Of a stretch of 64,000 bases of DNA, positions 27,811-38,223 are shown in pieces (the stretch's first letter is position 1; every line of letters starts with the position of its first letter). The DNA comes from a virus. The position numbers and the translations under genes are program-made. The stretch is taken from positions 1-64,000 of the IMG/VR virus record IMGVR_UViG_3300033143_004671; one strand, 5' to 3'. The notes below the pieces were generated by a model, which was given only the letters and a program-made list of their open reading frames with translations, searched no databases and was not told the origin of the DNA.

Positions 27811-28727
27811 TGTTTGGCCCTAGTGATGTCTATGTACAACAAGAGTTCATCCATCATAGAATGGAAGGCTTCCATCAACTCCTAAGGGACACGGAGACGA
27901 AGTTCAAGCAAACCTTTGGTCTAGATCAAGATGAATGGATCGTCCTTTTCGTCACGGGGTCAGGCACATTGGCAAATGAGATCGTGCTCGATAGTTTAAT
28001 TCCCGAGTTGCGGATACGGAGCAAAGGGCAGTTTTCCCGTAGGCTTAGATTACTGGCGTCCGAGCGCACGAAGGTTGGGATCGGCTCTCGTATGGCTGTT
28101 GCAGACGCCTATGTCGCCTATGAAACAGGGGAGAGTCGTTTCATTCACGCACCAGGGAAGGAAGGTGAAAGATCGCTGCTGTTCTGCGATATGATCTCCG
28201 CCTTCCCTTACTATATGCCAGACGAGTCGGTAGACGTATGGACAACGGTCACAAGCAAGCAACTACGATGCGAACCTGGATTGTCCTTGATCGTCCTGAG
28301 GAAGCATTGTCTGCGTTATTTCAGGCCGGCAAGACCGAGTAATAGTACCTTGAGTCTAGCCTCCTATGCTCATTATCGAAACTGGGAGGAGACACCCCAC
28401 ACACCAGTCATTCAATTGATCGACAATCTGAGATACGAGCTAGACAGCCGGACAAGAGATAAACCTCGATACTATGAAGACATGATCGACAATAGAAGGA
28501 TGAAACTCGTCGAGGCTATCGGGGAGGAAAATGTCATTGGCGAAGGGCCTGTCGCCACCTTAAAACCCATAGAGGATCAGTTTGCTAAACAAAAAAGCCT
28601 GTACTGTAGTCCACATGGGTGGCAGATTTTTCTATATGCAAGACTATCGGTGGTGGGTACGATAGAGTTCGAGTGGCTAGTCAAGGAGTTAAAGTCACTC
28701 TATAAAGATAAAGGAGTGGGTGTGTGA
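27810..28727 (+). CDS. Class V PLP aminotransferase (PhnW/SerC-like)
   Basis: HHR...F, TGSGT.ANE, YETG, D.ISAF, TSKQL...PGLS, P.TP. Confidence 0.8.
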   Translation: MFGPSDVYVQQEFIHHRMEGFHQLLRDTETKFKQTFGLDQDEWIVLFVTGSGTLANEIVLDSLIPELRIRSKGQFSRRLRLLASERTKVGIGSRMAVADAYVAYETGESRFIHAPGKEGERSLLFCDMISAFPYYMPDESVDVWTTVTSKQLRCEPGLSLIVLRKHCLRYFRPARPSNSTLSLASYAHYRNWEETPHTPVIQLIDNLRYELDSRTRDKPRYYEDMIDNRRMKLVEAIGEENVIGEGPVATLKPIEDQFAKQKSLYCSPHGWQIFLYARLSVVGTIEFEWLVKELKSLYKDKGVGV

Positions 28728-28886
28728 GTGTACTGGCCGTCTTTCTCAATAAGAACAACCCGAACAACTGGCGTCCATGCGAGCGGGAGAGTATGGAACG
28801 ACACTTTGGTAGTATCGAAGAGACTGACATTACCGAGGCAGATAAGTGGAAAGTATGTCTCGGCTCTGCCTAAGGAAAACAAAAGT

Positions 28887-29738
28887 ATGAGGCCCATCGT
28901 ATTTGTTAAGGCGAACCCAAACGCAGGATCAGCCAAAACCAGAGGCGACCAAGTAGCAAATCTACTTTTGAGTAGAGGACTCGACGCTAAAAGTGTATCG
29001 CTATCGCAAGCAAAACAAATGGATTTAAGTGAGTCCCTGGTAGTAGTTATAAAGGAACTTATCAAAGAAGCCTTTGACCTACGAGCCTGGAAGATAATCT
29101 ATGATGTAGTAGACAATAGCTCGATAATCAAACAAAGTAACATATCCATAATTCCACAAGAAGTAGACGCAATCATATTCCCAAACAAACGAGCATATAT
29201 GGATTTGGGGAAAGCCATTGACCGCCCTAGTTACTATATCTATCATCTCTCATTCAATGTCATCCCCATTAAATCCAAAATCTTCTCCGTGGCATATTGT
29301 GGAGCCAAAGAGGCGTTTCGCTCCATAGATAAATTACCGGGCATCGTCAAAAACTTCTACGACCCCACGATGCTTGAGAACCCAAAAAGATTAACAGCCT
29401 ATCTAAAGACAGCGAGACAAGTTGCCTGTCATCTAACCTTTAGGGACATCCCCTATAAACCTCCGATCAAGATTTCATTTGCTGCAAAGTGTGGTAGCGT
29501 GATTGTGGGGAACAGGGACAGTGGGGGAGCCGAGGAGTTTCTCGGTAAGGGTTATCCATATCTTGTCCAGAAGTATTCGATAGACGATCTTGCGGACATG
29601 ATTGATAAAGCCGCTATGACTTTTCAATCTTCTATATGGAGAAGGGCTGAGGCGGCAATGGAAGATGTACGACAACGCTCTACAGACGATCGCATCATAC
29701 AAGACTATATAGACTTTTTTGAGAAAGTTCAGGGATAA
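28887..29738 (+). CDS. Putative glycosyltransferase-like protein
   Basis: GS...RG.Q.A, IIYDVVD, DAIIFPN, KP..KI..AA..G. Lies in the glycan island. Confidence 0.5.
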   Translation: MRPIVFVKANPNAGSAKTRGDQVANLLLSRGLDAKSVSLSQAKQMDLSESLVVVIKELIKEAFDLRAWKIIYDVVDNSSIIKQSNISIIPQEVDAIIFPNKRAYMDLGKAIDRPSYYIYHLSFNVIPIKSKIFSVAYCGAKEAFRSIDKLPGIVKNFYDPTMLENPKRLTAYLKTARQVACHLTFRDIPYKPPIKISFAAKCGSVIVGNRDSGGAEEFLGKGYPYLVQKYSIDDLADMIDKAAMTFQSSIWRRAEAAMEDVRQRSTDDRIIQDYIDFFEKVQG

Positions 29739-29739
29739 A

Positions 29740-30714
29740 ATGAATGATAAGAATGCGATGAGTATAACCTCAAACGATGTTAAACTATTCAAACATCTAG
29801 ATAGCCTACAAGCATTGCAAAATGGTCAATCATCACCTGTGATGCTCCATATAAGCCCTACGAACCTATGCAATATGAAGTGCAGTCACTGCTGCTTCTT
29901 TGGTAGAAATAGGACGCAGAACTTGAGCTTGGATATTATTCAAGCCGCGGTCGATAGTTTCTCTAAGTATGGCCTCAAGTCGCTGGAACTTACTGGTGGT
30001 GGTGAACCTACTCTATATCCTGAGATGGGTGCATTGATGGAATGGTTGAAGGAAACTGGTTGGCCTGTTGGCATGAACACCAACGCTCTGTCTATCCACA
30101 ATGTGCCTACTTGGGATGCCTTTCGTTGGGTACGAGTCTCACTCAACATACTAAATGTCGAGAGTGATGCCGATGACTTCCTGAGAAATGTCCGATTTAT
30201 CCAAGATACAGGAACCAGAGTCACGGCATGCTACATCGTATCAAAAGACTATACTGACGAGTCCATAGAAAGGGTGCTGAGGTTTGCGGATACAGAAAGA
30301 ATACCAACTCGGCTAGCGCCTGACTGCATACAAAAAAAACCAGACATTGCAAAGCTGATACAGAGGCTCGAAGATAGTTTTGGCAATGATCTATGCGAAA
30401 GCGAGTTTGTTTTCTTATCCTCATTCAATGTTTATCTTGAAGATAGACAAGACGACAGATGCTATCTCCATCTACTCAAACCCTTCCTGTATACTGATGG
30501 TTGGATATACGACTGTCCAAGTTCTGAGCTATCGTATGAAAACAACCGAACTATGAAACCAAAGTTCCGCGTCTGCAAGTGGGATCAAATCCATGACCAT
30601 TATAAATGGCCACCAAAGCCCAGGCACCAAACTTGTCATTATTGCAAATACGCTGAACAGAATAGGATTTTGAGGGCGGTCCTAGAGAGGACACAAGATA
30701 ATGAGTTCTGCTAA
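29740..30714 (+). CDS. Radical SAM enzyme with C-terminal Fe-S (SPASM/twitch-like) domain
   Basis: CNMKCSHC, TGGGEPTL, DG.IY.CP, CHYC. Confidence 0.85.
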   Translation: MNDKNAMSITSNDVKLFKHLDSLQALQNGQSSPVMLHISPTNLCNMKCSHCCFFGRNRTQNLSLDIIQAAVDSFSKYGLKSLELTGGGEPTLYPEMGALMEWLKETGWPVGMNTNALSIHNVPTWDAFRWVRVSLNILNVESDADDFLRNVRFIQDTGTRVTACYIVSKDYTDESIERVLRFADTERIPTRLAPDCIQKKPDIAKLIQRLEDSFGNDLCESEFVFLSSFNVYLEDRQDDRCYLHLLKPFLYTDGWIYDCPSSELSYENNRTMKPKFRVCKWDQIHDHYKWPPKPRHQTCHYCKYAEQNRILRAVLERTQDNEFC

Positions 30715-31354
30715 TAAGTTCGACAAAGACTACTATGAAAGAGGAGTAGAGTTAGGTGTATCATTATATACTAATTATCACTACATGCCTGAACGATCTA
30801 GACAAGAAGCAAAAGCAGTCATCAGTAATCTCGGATTGGACAAAGAGCACACGATACTGGATTTTGGTTGTGCAAAGGGTTTCCTAGTTAAGGCACTAGT
30901 TGAATTAGGATACGATGCATACGGCACTGATATTAGTAAGTATGCTATATCCCACTGCGAACCAGAAATAGATCATCGCATATTTATTTTGTGTGATTCG
31001 ATCATAAAGAATAGACGATTCGATTATGGTTTCTGTAAGGATGTGTTGGAGCATAGCGAGGACCTAGATACTGATCTATCCACGATTGCTAAACTATCCT
31101 CTCGATGGTTGGTTTGTATCCCACTAGCCGACAATGGTAATTACAGGATTGAAGACTATGAAAAAGACACCACACATTTGATAAGGGAAAACGAGGCATG
31201 GTGGATTAGGATGTTTGAGAAACACTTTCAGGTGATATCTAGACAATATAGATTGGCAGGATTGAAAGATAAATGGTATGATCTTTCTCCAAAGGGTAAC
31301 ATGTTTGTGCGTATGAGGAAAAAACATGAGACAAAAATATTGGAACAACGATAG
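30701..31354 (+). CDS. Class I SAM-dependent methyltransferase
   Basis: ILDFGCAKG, GTDIS, DVLEH. Confidence 0.85.
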   Translation: MSSANKFDKDYYERGVELGVSLYTNYHYMPERSRQEAKAVISNLGLDKEHTILDFGCAKGFLVKALVELGYDAYGTDISKYAISHCEPEIDHRIFILCDSIIKNRRFDYGFCKDVLEHSEDLDTDLSTIAKLSSRWLVCIPLADNGNYRIEDYEKDTTHLIRENEAWWIRMFEKHFQVISRQYRLAGLKDKWYDLSPKGNMFVRMRKKHETKILEQR

Positions 31355-32057
31355 TGATGGTCAAGAGCCGCGTTTAGAATTGTTCGGGCTTCAACGGTCC
31401 GGCACTAGTTATCTCGGGCTGTTGCTAAAACTGAACTTCAATATGTTCTATTCAGGCAAAGCTCATAAGCATGCTAAGTTCAATCCAGAGAATACGAAAG
31501 TGGATTGTATATTCATAACAAGACATCCTTATGCTTGGTTACCTTCCTTCTACGATCTAAGTAGGCGAAGGGGTGATGTTGGTTCGTCTTGCTCATTTTC
31601 TAGCTTTTTGAAAAGAGAATTAACCTGTTCCCTAGCGTGGGCCAACACACCATCTGTAACTCAGACATCCTCTAATCCAATAACATATTATTGTGAAGTG
31701 AATAAGAATTGGTTGGATATCAATCAAACTCGATATGGAGAAAAAGTCTACAAAGGTCTGCATGTAAAATATGAGGATCTGTTGGACGCGAATGGACTTG
31801 TATCTCAACTACATCGAATATGGACTTTCTTCGATCTTGAGCGGCAATTTATTACATGGGTTGATGTACTAGAAGAAGTGGGTCCTGACAAGTATCTAAC
31901 TGTTCGCCAACCTTTTGGCAGTAGACCGTACAGTAGAAAAGAGTACTACAAAAAGCAAAAGTATATAGATAGGTTTTCGGACGAAGATTTAGCTTTCGTA
32001 CAAGGACAGATTGACACCAGCGTAATGAACAGACTAGGATATGAAGCATTAAGGTAG
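31326..32057 (+). CDS. Sulfotransferase
   Basis: GLQRSGTSYL (5'-PSB loop), RHPYAWL.S (3'-PB), VKYEDL, LGY. Confidence 0.8.
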   Translation: MRQKYWNNDSDGQEPRLELFGLQRSGTSYLGLLLKLNFNMFYSGKAHKHAKFNPENTKVDCIFITRHPYAWLPSFYDLSRRRGDVGSSCSFSSFLKRELTCSLAWANTPSVTQTSSNPITYYCEVNKNWLDINQTRYGEKVYKGLHVKYEDLLDANGLVSQLHRIWTFFDLERQFITWVDVLEEVGPDKYLTVRQPFGSRPYSRKEYYKKQKYIDRFSDEDLAFVQGQIDTSVMNRLGYEALR

Positions 32058-32322
32058 CTCGAAAATACGAGTTGATACGACAAAGGATCGATACGATAAA
32101 GCTCTACACTAGTTCGACCGGAACATGAGTCAGTTAGACACAAAAACGAAGTTTAAGGAAAGGTCCATACCTCATAAAATAGAGAGGTACTTGGATTCCC
32201 AGATAAAGGTAGACGTTCTAACTACCGAGGAATGCCTGTGATGATCTTCCGTAACAATTGGGACGAGATTGTCCATAGAATACTAGAGATGAACTTATGC
32301 ATCATCTAGGATATAAAATCCG

Positions 32323-32508
32323 ATGACTAGGCGATACAAGTATGGACAGGGTAAATGCTCACAGTGCCACAGGATGATAGCATCGACTAAAAAAGGGTTG
32401 GCATACAGACACGGCTGGACGAAGACTCAACCGCCCTGTACGGGTTCGGGTATAATGTTACGACAGATACGATACAATACACGATGGTCGGCCATAAGGT
32501 TTTTCTAA
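32323..32508 (+). CDS. Small zinc-binding protein
   Basis: C..C...RHG......C.GSG; ends in RFF. Confidence 0.55.
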   Translation: MTRRYKYGQGKCSQCHRMIASTKKGLAYRHGWTKTQPPCTGSGIMLRQIRYNTRWSAIRFF

Positions 32509-32509
32509 C

Positions 32510-33451
32510 ATGAACCAGCAGCGATTAAGAGACATTCTAAATGGGTTGTCCATCGCCAACCAAACTGTCTCCAACCATGCCGTCAATATCAATTGTCCAT
32601 ATTGCATAGGTCGAAGATCGGGTAGAGAGGATACGAAGTACCGCTGCGGCATCTTCCTGTCGAGTCTCCGATACCATTGCTTCCGATGCAAGAGGACTGG
32701 CTCGCTGTACAAACTGCTCGATACACTAGTCAAGACGACGAGCGAGCAATACGAATCGCTGATAGGTAAGGAAGTCCTGCCTGAAGATGAAACCCTATCC
32801 GACCACGTTCGGAACAGGATTCAAGGAACATCGGCGCGGGAACAAGTCATTATCAAACCCCCGCAGGACCCACGAGGATCGTCTCTAACGTACGATCTTG
32901 TCGATCAATACCCTTTATTACGTTCCTGGCTGAAAGCCCGTCAGATCGAAGCACAGACGCTCATAGACTACGGTGTGAGATATGGGGGTAATGTGGGGCC
33001 GAATGCCCATCGATTGATATTGCCTGTCTACGACGAGGCCGGGAAGATGGTCGCGTGGCAGGGCAGGGATATTAGTGGCAGGAGGAGGATGAAATACTTC
33101 ACCCAAGGCAACGTGACGGACTACTTGTTTTGGACGGAGTATATCAAAACGCCTTATGTAATCTATCTCGTCGAGGGAATATTTGACTGCTTGCGGATGG
33201 AGTATAATGCAGTAGCATCGTTCAGTCATTCTCTGTCCAGGAGACAGCGGACATTGTTATTCGACAACCAAAATCTGATCGATAAGCTAATCGTATGCTG
33301 GGACGCCGATAGTTATGGGAAGGCAATAGGCTGCGCCCAAAATCTAGCTCCGATACTAAGAAAGGTTGGTGTCGTGAGATTACCAGAAGGACAGGACCCA
33401 GATAGTTTGGGTGGTGACGAGATCAGGAAACTGAAAGTAAGATGGGTATAA
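32510..33451 (+). CDS. DNA primase (zinc finger plus TOPRIM)
   Basis: CPYC/CFRC, WQGR, LVEGIFD, CWDAD, QDPD. Confidence 0.9.
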   Translation: MNQQRLRDILNGLSIANQTVSNHAVNINCPYCIGRRSGREDTKYRCGIFLSSLRYHCFRCKRTGSLYKLLDTLVKTTSEQYESLIGKEVLPEDETLSDHVRNRIQGTSAREQVIIKPPQDPRGSSLTYDLVDQYPLLRSWLKARQIEAQTLIDYGVRYGGNVGPNAHRLILPVYDEAGKMVAWQGRDISGRRRMKYFTQGNVTDYLFWTEYIKTPYVIYLVEGIFDCLRMEYNAVASFSHSLSRRQRTLLFDNQNLIDKLIVCWDADSYGKAIGCAQNLAPILRKVGVVRLPEGQDPDSLGGDEIRKLKVRWV

Positions 33452-34840
33452 ATGTCGGTCCACTTGAACAGTCACATGGAGAAGGCTTTCCTGAGACTCG
33501 CTATCACGGATACCGAGTTTCTAAAACTCGTCTATGGAGCAGTCAATCCTAAACTCTTCACCTCCTACTTGACCGAGGACATCGCTCGAATCTGTTTCGA
33601 CTATTACGAGCAGTTCAAGGAGGCCCCGCAAGATCATTTCCACGACGAACTGGTCAAGGCGACGCACAACAAAGCCGAGGACGAGCAAGACGAGTATATC
33701 CAGTATGTCGAAACGCTGAGGGACCTGGATCCACCGAATAAGCAGTATGTACTCCACCGCGTCGGTGACTTTGTGAAGATGAGGGAACGCGAGATTGCCA
33801 TTATCAAAGCCGCCGACCTTCTCGCAGATGGTAAGTTGGACGAGCACGATAATCTACTCTACGATGCTCTCAAATCCGGGATACATGAGGAAGATGCTGG
33901 TCTCGATTATCTGAAAGACTTGTCTAATGTCCAACACCGCGAGTCCGATCCCATCCTAATGAGGACGGGTATCAAGGCATTGGATAGGTTCATCGGAGGC
34001 TATCGAAGAGGCCAGTTGGTTTGCACACTAGGAGGATTGAAGGCGGGTAAGACGTGGTGGCTCATGCACACGGCAAGGGCCGCCTTATTACAGGGGCTCA
34101 AAGTCGTCCATATCAGCCATGAGGTACAACTTGACGAAATGGAGACTCGGTACGATATGATGTTCTCGGGACGAGGATCGAAGAACGTAGGTCAATATGT
34201 CAAGTACATCAGGTACGACCATTCTCGGGACGAAATGGTAACAAGCAGGATCAAAATCAAAACCGTGTACGATCCAAAGAAGGTAATGAAAGCTAGACAT
34301 GCGGTTCTCCGATTCGGTGGGAGTCTACGGATCAAAAAGTATCCTATGGGGCAGTGCTCCCCAGCCGAGATAGAGCGATATTTGAACTACCTGGAATCGT
34401 TTGAATCGCTCATACCAGACGTCTTAATCATCGACTATCTGGACATCATGGATTTGTCTTCCTTCGGCAGCGAACTCAGGCATCAGTTAAACTCAGCATA
34501 TATCTGGGCGAAGGGAATAGCGGACGAAAGGAATATCCTGGTACTGACGGTCAGCCAGGTAACGCGGGCCGCTTTGAAGAGGCGAAAAGTCACGGCGAAA
34601 GATGTAGCCGAGGATGTGAGGAAAGGCGCCAACGTCGATCTTATGCTCGCGATAGGCAGGGGCGAGGAGGAGGTGGATGCGAACCTGGCCGGGATCAATA
34701 TCATAGCAAACCGATCAGGTGTGCAGGATAGATCGTGTACTATTTCATTATGTTTCGACATTGGTCAATTCTGTCTATCGAGTTGGATAGGAAAGGACGT
34801 GGACGAGTTTGCTCTCGAGGTGTTTGGAGAAGATGAATGA
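33452..34840 (+). CDS. DnaB-like replicative helicase
   Basis: TG..ALD..IGG...GQL, GGLKAGKT, HISHE, IIDYLD, TVSQ..R. Confidence 0.9.
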   Translation: MSVHLNSHMEKAFLRLAITDTEFLKLVYGAVNPKLFTSYLTEDIARICFDYYEQFKEAPQDHFHDELVKATHNKAEDEQDEYIQYVETLRDLDPPNKQYVLHRVGDFVKMREREIAIIKAADLLADGKLDEHDNLLYDALKSGIHEEDAGLDYLKDLSNVQHRESDPILMRTGIKALDRFIGGYRRGQLVCTLGGLKAGKTWWLMHTARAALLQGLKVVHISHEVQLDEMETRYDMMFSGRGSKNVGQYVKYIRYDHSRDEMVTSRIKIKTVYDPKKVMKARHAVLRFGGSLRIKKYPMGQCSPAEIERYLNYLESFESLIPDVLIIDYLDIMDLSSFGSELRHQLNSAYIWAKGIADERNILVLTVSQVTRAALKRRKVTAKDVAEDVRKGANVDLMLAIGRGEEEVDANLAGINIIANRSGVQDRSCTISLCFDIGQFCLSSWIGKDVDEFALEVFGEDE

Positions 34841-35787
34841 ACGTTGGATTACTCAATCTAGATGAGCTGACTAAAACTCCTAGAGGCAGTTCAATCGTGG
34901 GCGGCGTTTTCCCTAACTTAGCCATGATGAAGGTCTCCCAGTATCACAAACGGAAAGGAGATAATGTAACGCGCTATGCGAAGATCGCCCATAGTACAGG
35001 CTACTATGATAGGATATACGCCTTCTCCGTATTCACCTGGTCGAGTAAGAAACAGGTTACGAGTGATATGATATGTGGAGGTTCTGGTTTCGATCTGTGC
35101 ACCGTCTTACCAGAGGAGATCGAAAACTCGCAACCCGACTATTCCCTATATCCAAAGTGCAAACCGGCCCTAGGATTCTTAACAAGAGGATGTATACGTA
35201 AGTGTGAGTTTTGTATAGTACCAGAAAAAGAAGGAAAGATTCATCCTTACAGGGACATCGAGGAGGTAGCCTCGCGGGGAGAAGATGTTGTCTTAATGGA
35301 CAATAATATCCTAGCTTGTAAGTACGGTTTGGATCAGATACAAAAAATCATCGACCTCCATCTAAGAGTAGACTTCAACCAAGGACTAGACGCCAGGCTA
35401 ATATCGAGGCGAGTGGCCAAACTACTAGTCCAAGTACGATGGCTACAACCTATCCGCATGGCATGTGATTCTTCCAACGAGTTAGAACCAGTATTACGAG
35501 CTACAGAACTGCTCGGAGAAGAAGGTTGTGGCCATAAGTCACATACTATACTCATGCTAGTAAAGGACGACATAGGGGATGCTAATAAACGTGCCGAAAA
35601 GTTGAAAGAGCATGGCCTTCGTCCTTTCGCCATGGCATACATGGATAGGGAAGGTAGAGTCTATCCTCCAGCCAAACGCTACGCCAATTATGTCAACAAC
35701 CGCTTCGCCTTCAATACCGTTTCTTGGGAAGACTACAAACAGAACTACACAAAACCTAGTAGTGATAAAGGTGCGAGATTTTTCTAG
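34837..35787 (+). CDS. Radical SAM protein
   Basis: PNLAMMK.S.YHK, TRGCIRKCEFC.VP.KEG, DNN, DFNQGLDARL. Confidence 0.85.
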   Translation: MNVGLLNLDELTKTPRGSSIVGGVFPNLAMMKVSQYHKRKGDNVTRYAKIAHSTGYYDRIYAFSVFTWSSKKQVTSDMICGGSGFDLCTVLPEEIENSQPDYSLYPKCKPALGFLTRGCIRKCEFCIVPEKEGKIHPYRDIEEVASRGEDVVLMDNNILACKYGLDQIQKIIDLHLRVDFNQGLDARLISRRVAKLLVQVRWLQPIRMACDSSNELEPVLRATELLGEEGCGHKSHTILMLVKDDIGDANKRAEKLKEHGLRPFAMAYMDREGRVYPPAKRYANYVNNRFAFNTVSWEDYKQNYTKPSSDKGARFF

Positions 35788-35791
35788 TGTC

Positions 35792-35827
35792 CTCCTATCC
35801 CAAAAACCTGACGGAGGAGGATACGGA
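35792..35827 (+). repeat. 36-bp direct repeat (second copy 36792-36827)
   Basis: CTCCTATCCCAAAAACCTGACGGAGGAGGATACGGA is identical in both copies. Confidence 0.9.
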
Positions 35828-35845
35828 TGATTGGGATAATAGTAA

Positions 35846-36784
35846 ATGAAACCAACCAAAACACAATTAGCCTTTCAGACATTATGTCAACGTCAATCTT
35901 TACCTCTCAAGGCTAAAGTACGAATGACACTACGGCGTATTCAAGAATGGTATGACCATTGGGAAGGTATGGTATACATAGCATTTAGTGGTGGCAAAGA
36001 TTCAACTGTCCTACTACACCTCGTTCGTACCCTATATCCTGGAATACCTGCCGTATTCTGCGATACGGGCCTTGAATACCCAGAAATACGTAAGTTCGTT
36101 AAGACGGTTGAAAATACAACATGGTTAAAACCAAAGATGGGATTCAAGAAGGTATTGGAAAAGTATGGCTATCCCATTATCTCCAAGGAGCAAGCAAAGT
36201 ATATTAGTGAGGTTCAGCAAGGAACAACTAAATATACGGAAAATAAAAGACTCGGTAAGGTATTAGGACGAAATGGTAAGCCGGTTGGTATGGTCTCTAA
36301 AAAATGGCAATTTCTAATGTACCAAACTAAGGTGAGAGTTTCCGAACGATGTTGTGACATAATGAAAAAACGACCATTCCTCCAATATGAAAAACTTACA
36401 GGACGTTATCCTATCCTTGGGGTAAAGGTGGAAGACAGCCAATTACGTCAGCTATCATCACAGCTATATGGATGCAACGCCTTTACAATGACAAGACCAC
36501 AATCCCGACCTATGATGTTCTGGCAAGAAGTTGATGTTTGGGCATACATCCAACAAGAAAAACTCGCCTACAGCTCTATCTACGATATGGGCTATTCCCG
36601 TACTGGTTGCATGTTTTGTATGTTTGGTGTTCATCTAGAAACTCAACCAAATAGGTTTCAGAATATGGCCATCACCCATCCAAAGCAATACAAGTTTTGC
36701 ATGGAAAAACTCGGACTAGCCCGTATACTAAAATATATACATGTTCCATACAAACCAATAAAACCGAAGGCACGATTCTTCTAA
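35846..36784 (+). CDS. PAPS-reductase family (PP-loop) protein
   Basis: AFSGGKDS, DTGLEYPE, CC..MKK.P, RTGCMFC. Confidence 0.88.
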   Translation: MKPTKTQLAFQTLCQRQSLPLKAKVRMTLRRIQEWYDHWEGMVYIAFSGGKDSTVLLHLVRTLYPGIPAVFCDTGLEYPEIRKFVKTVENTTWLKPKMGFKKVLEKYGYPIISKEQAKYISEVQQGTTKYTENKRLGKVLGRNGKPVGMVSKKWQFLMYQTKVRVSERCCDIMKKRPFLQYEKLTGRYPILGVKVEDSQLRQLSSQLYGCNAFTMTRPQSRPMMFWQEVDVWAYIQQEKLAYSSIYDMGYSRTGCMFCMFGVHLETQPNRFQNMAITHPKQYKFCMEKLGLARILKYIHVPYKPIKPKARFF

Positions 36785-38223
36785 TGTCACTCTCCTATCC
36801 CAAAAACCTGACGGAGGAGGATACGGACGACATCCTGCGAGGATTCAACTTCCCTACTACCCCTATGCACCATCAAGCTATCTCGATCATCTGGGCGATG
36901 GAATCGGAAGGGCGTGTTGCCTTCTTCCACGATGTAGGAACAGGCAAGTCCCTCACTTCCCTGTATACTCACTGGCTGTGGGACTTCGAGCGGCTCCTTA
37001 TCGTCTGTCCGAACAGTGTAGTCGAATCGTGGGAGGAACAGATCAGTAAACATACTACATTCGATTGCTGCCTACTAAAAGGACCGGCGGAGTATCGTAA
37101 GAAACTGCTTCGACAATCGAAGGCCGCAATCTTCATTCTCAACTATGAAGGTCTGCAGGTCCTGTTCGGTGATCGAGTCAAGAGAGGCAAGAGAACTAAG
37201 AACGTACTGAACAGACAGAAGGTGAAGGATGCAAATATAGATGCCCTGATCTTCGATGAATGCCATGCTCTCAAATCAGAGACTTCGCTAATCAGCAGGA
37301 TTAGTGCGGAGTTAAGTCGGCAGGCGAGTAATGCCATCATAATGACCGGGACACCGTATGGGACAGGTGACGAGGATTTCTGGTCTCAATTCTACGTCCT
37401 CGATGGTGGTTATACGTTGGGTGGATCGAAGAAGAAGTTTCTACAGAGGCACTTCACCTTCGACTGGTGGGGTTCGCCGCATATCAAACCAGGACATCGA
37501 GAACAGATCCTGGAACGAATCGCCCCAGTCACGCTGCGTTATGATAGGTTGGAATGCTTCGACTTGCCTGATCGTACGTACGAAGTTCGGCAGGTCGATA
37601 TGACGAAAGAGCAACGAGGGTTGACGGACGACTTGATTGCAGGCAAGACTGTCTGGCACGAAAACGAATGTCTGGAGATGCTCGATCCGATGATCGTAGG
37701 CAACAAACTCGCACAAGTCACGGGGGGGTTCCTAAAGTTCAACCCTTCAGTAATGAGGCTCAAGAAGAATCCGAAGCTGGATCTATTAGTCGATCTCCTC
37801 GTATACGAAGTACGAGGAAAGGTTATTGTGTTTCATGCTTATGTAGAGGAAGGCAGGATGATCGAGGAGCGACTGAGTGAGATAGGCATCGGCCACGTAT
37901 CGATGAGGGGGGAGACGAGTAAGGACGGCTGGAAACAATTCAAGGCGGAGAAGGCTTGTCGCGTCCTCGTCGCCCACCCGGCCAGCGGAGGCGTCGGGCT
38001 GAACCTGCAAGAGGCGAGCACGGCTATATTTTTCTCTAACGGATGTTCCGGAGCGACGGTCAGGGAGCAGGCGGAGGGACGTATCTGGCGGTTGGGGCAG
38101 GAACGTCCCTGCCTGTACATTGACATCCTCGCGCGGGGCAGCATCGACGAGCAACGCCTGGATAGGGTCGAGGAGCGAGCGGACATCGCTACCAAGATCC
38201 TTAACTATCTATCGGGCGCATAA
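36784..38223 (+). CDS. SNF2-family helicase
   Basis: DVGTGKS, LNYE, DECH, MTGTP, GLNLQ, QAEGRIWRLGQ. Confidence 0.9.
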   Translation: MSLSYPKNLTEEDTDDILRGFNFPTTPMHHQAISIIWAMESEGRVAFFHDVGTGKSLTSLYTHWLWDFERLLIVCPNSVVESWEEQISKHTTFDCCLLKGPAEYRKKLLRQSKAAIFILNYEGLQVLFGDRVKRGKRTKNVLNRQKVKDANIDALIFDECHALKSETSLISRISAELSRQASNAIIMTGTPYGTGDEDFWSQFYVLDGGYTLGGSKKKFLQRHFTFDWWGSPHIKPGHREQILERIAPVTLRYDRLECFDLPDRTYEVRQVDMTKEQRGLTDDLIAGKTVWHENECLEMLDPMIVGNKLAQVTGGFLKFNPSVMRLKKNPKLDLLVDLLVYEVRGKVIVFHAYVEEGRMIEERLSEIGIGHVSMRGETSKDGWKQFKAEKACRVLVAHPASGGVGLNLQEASTAIFFSNGCSGATVREQAEGRIWRLGQERPCLYIDILARGSIDEQRLDRVEERADIATKILNYLSGA

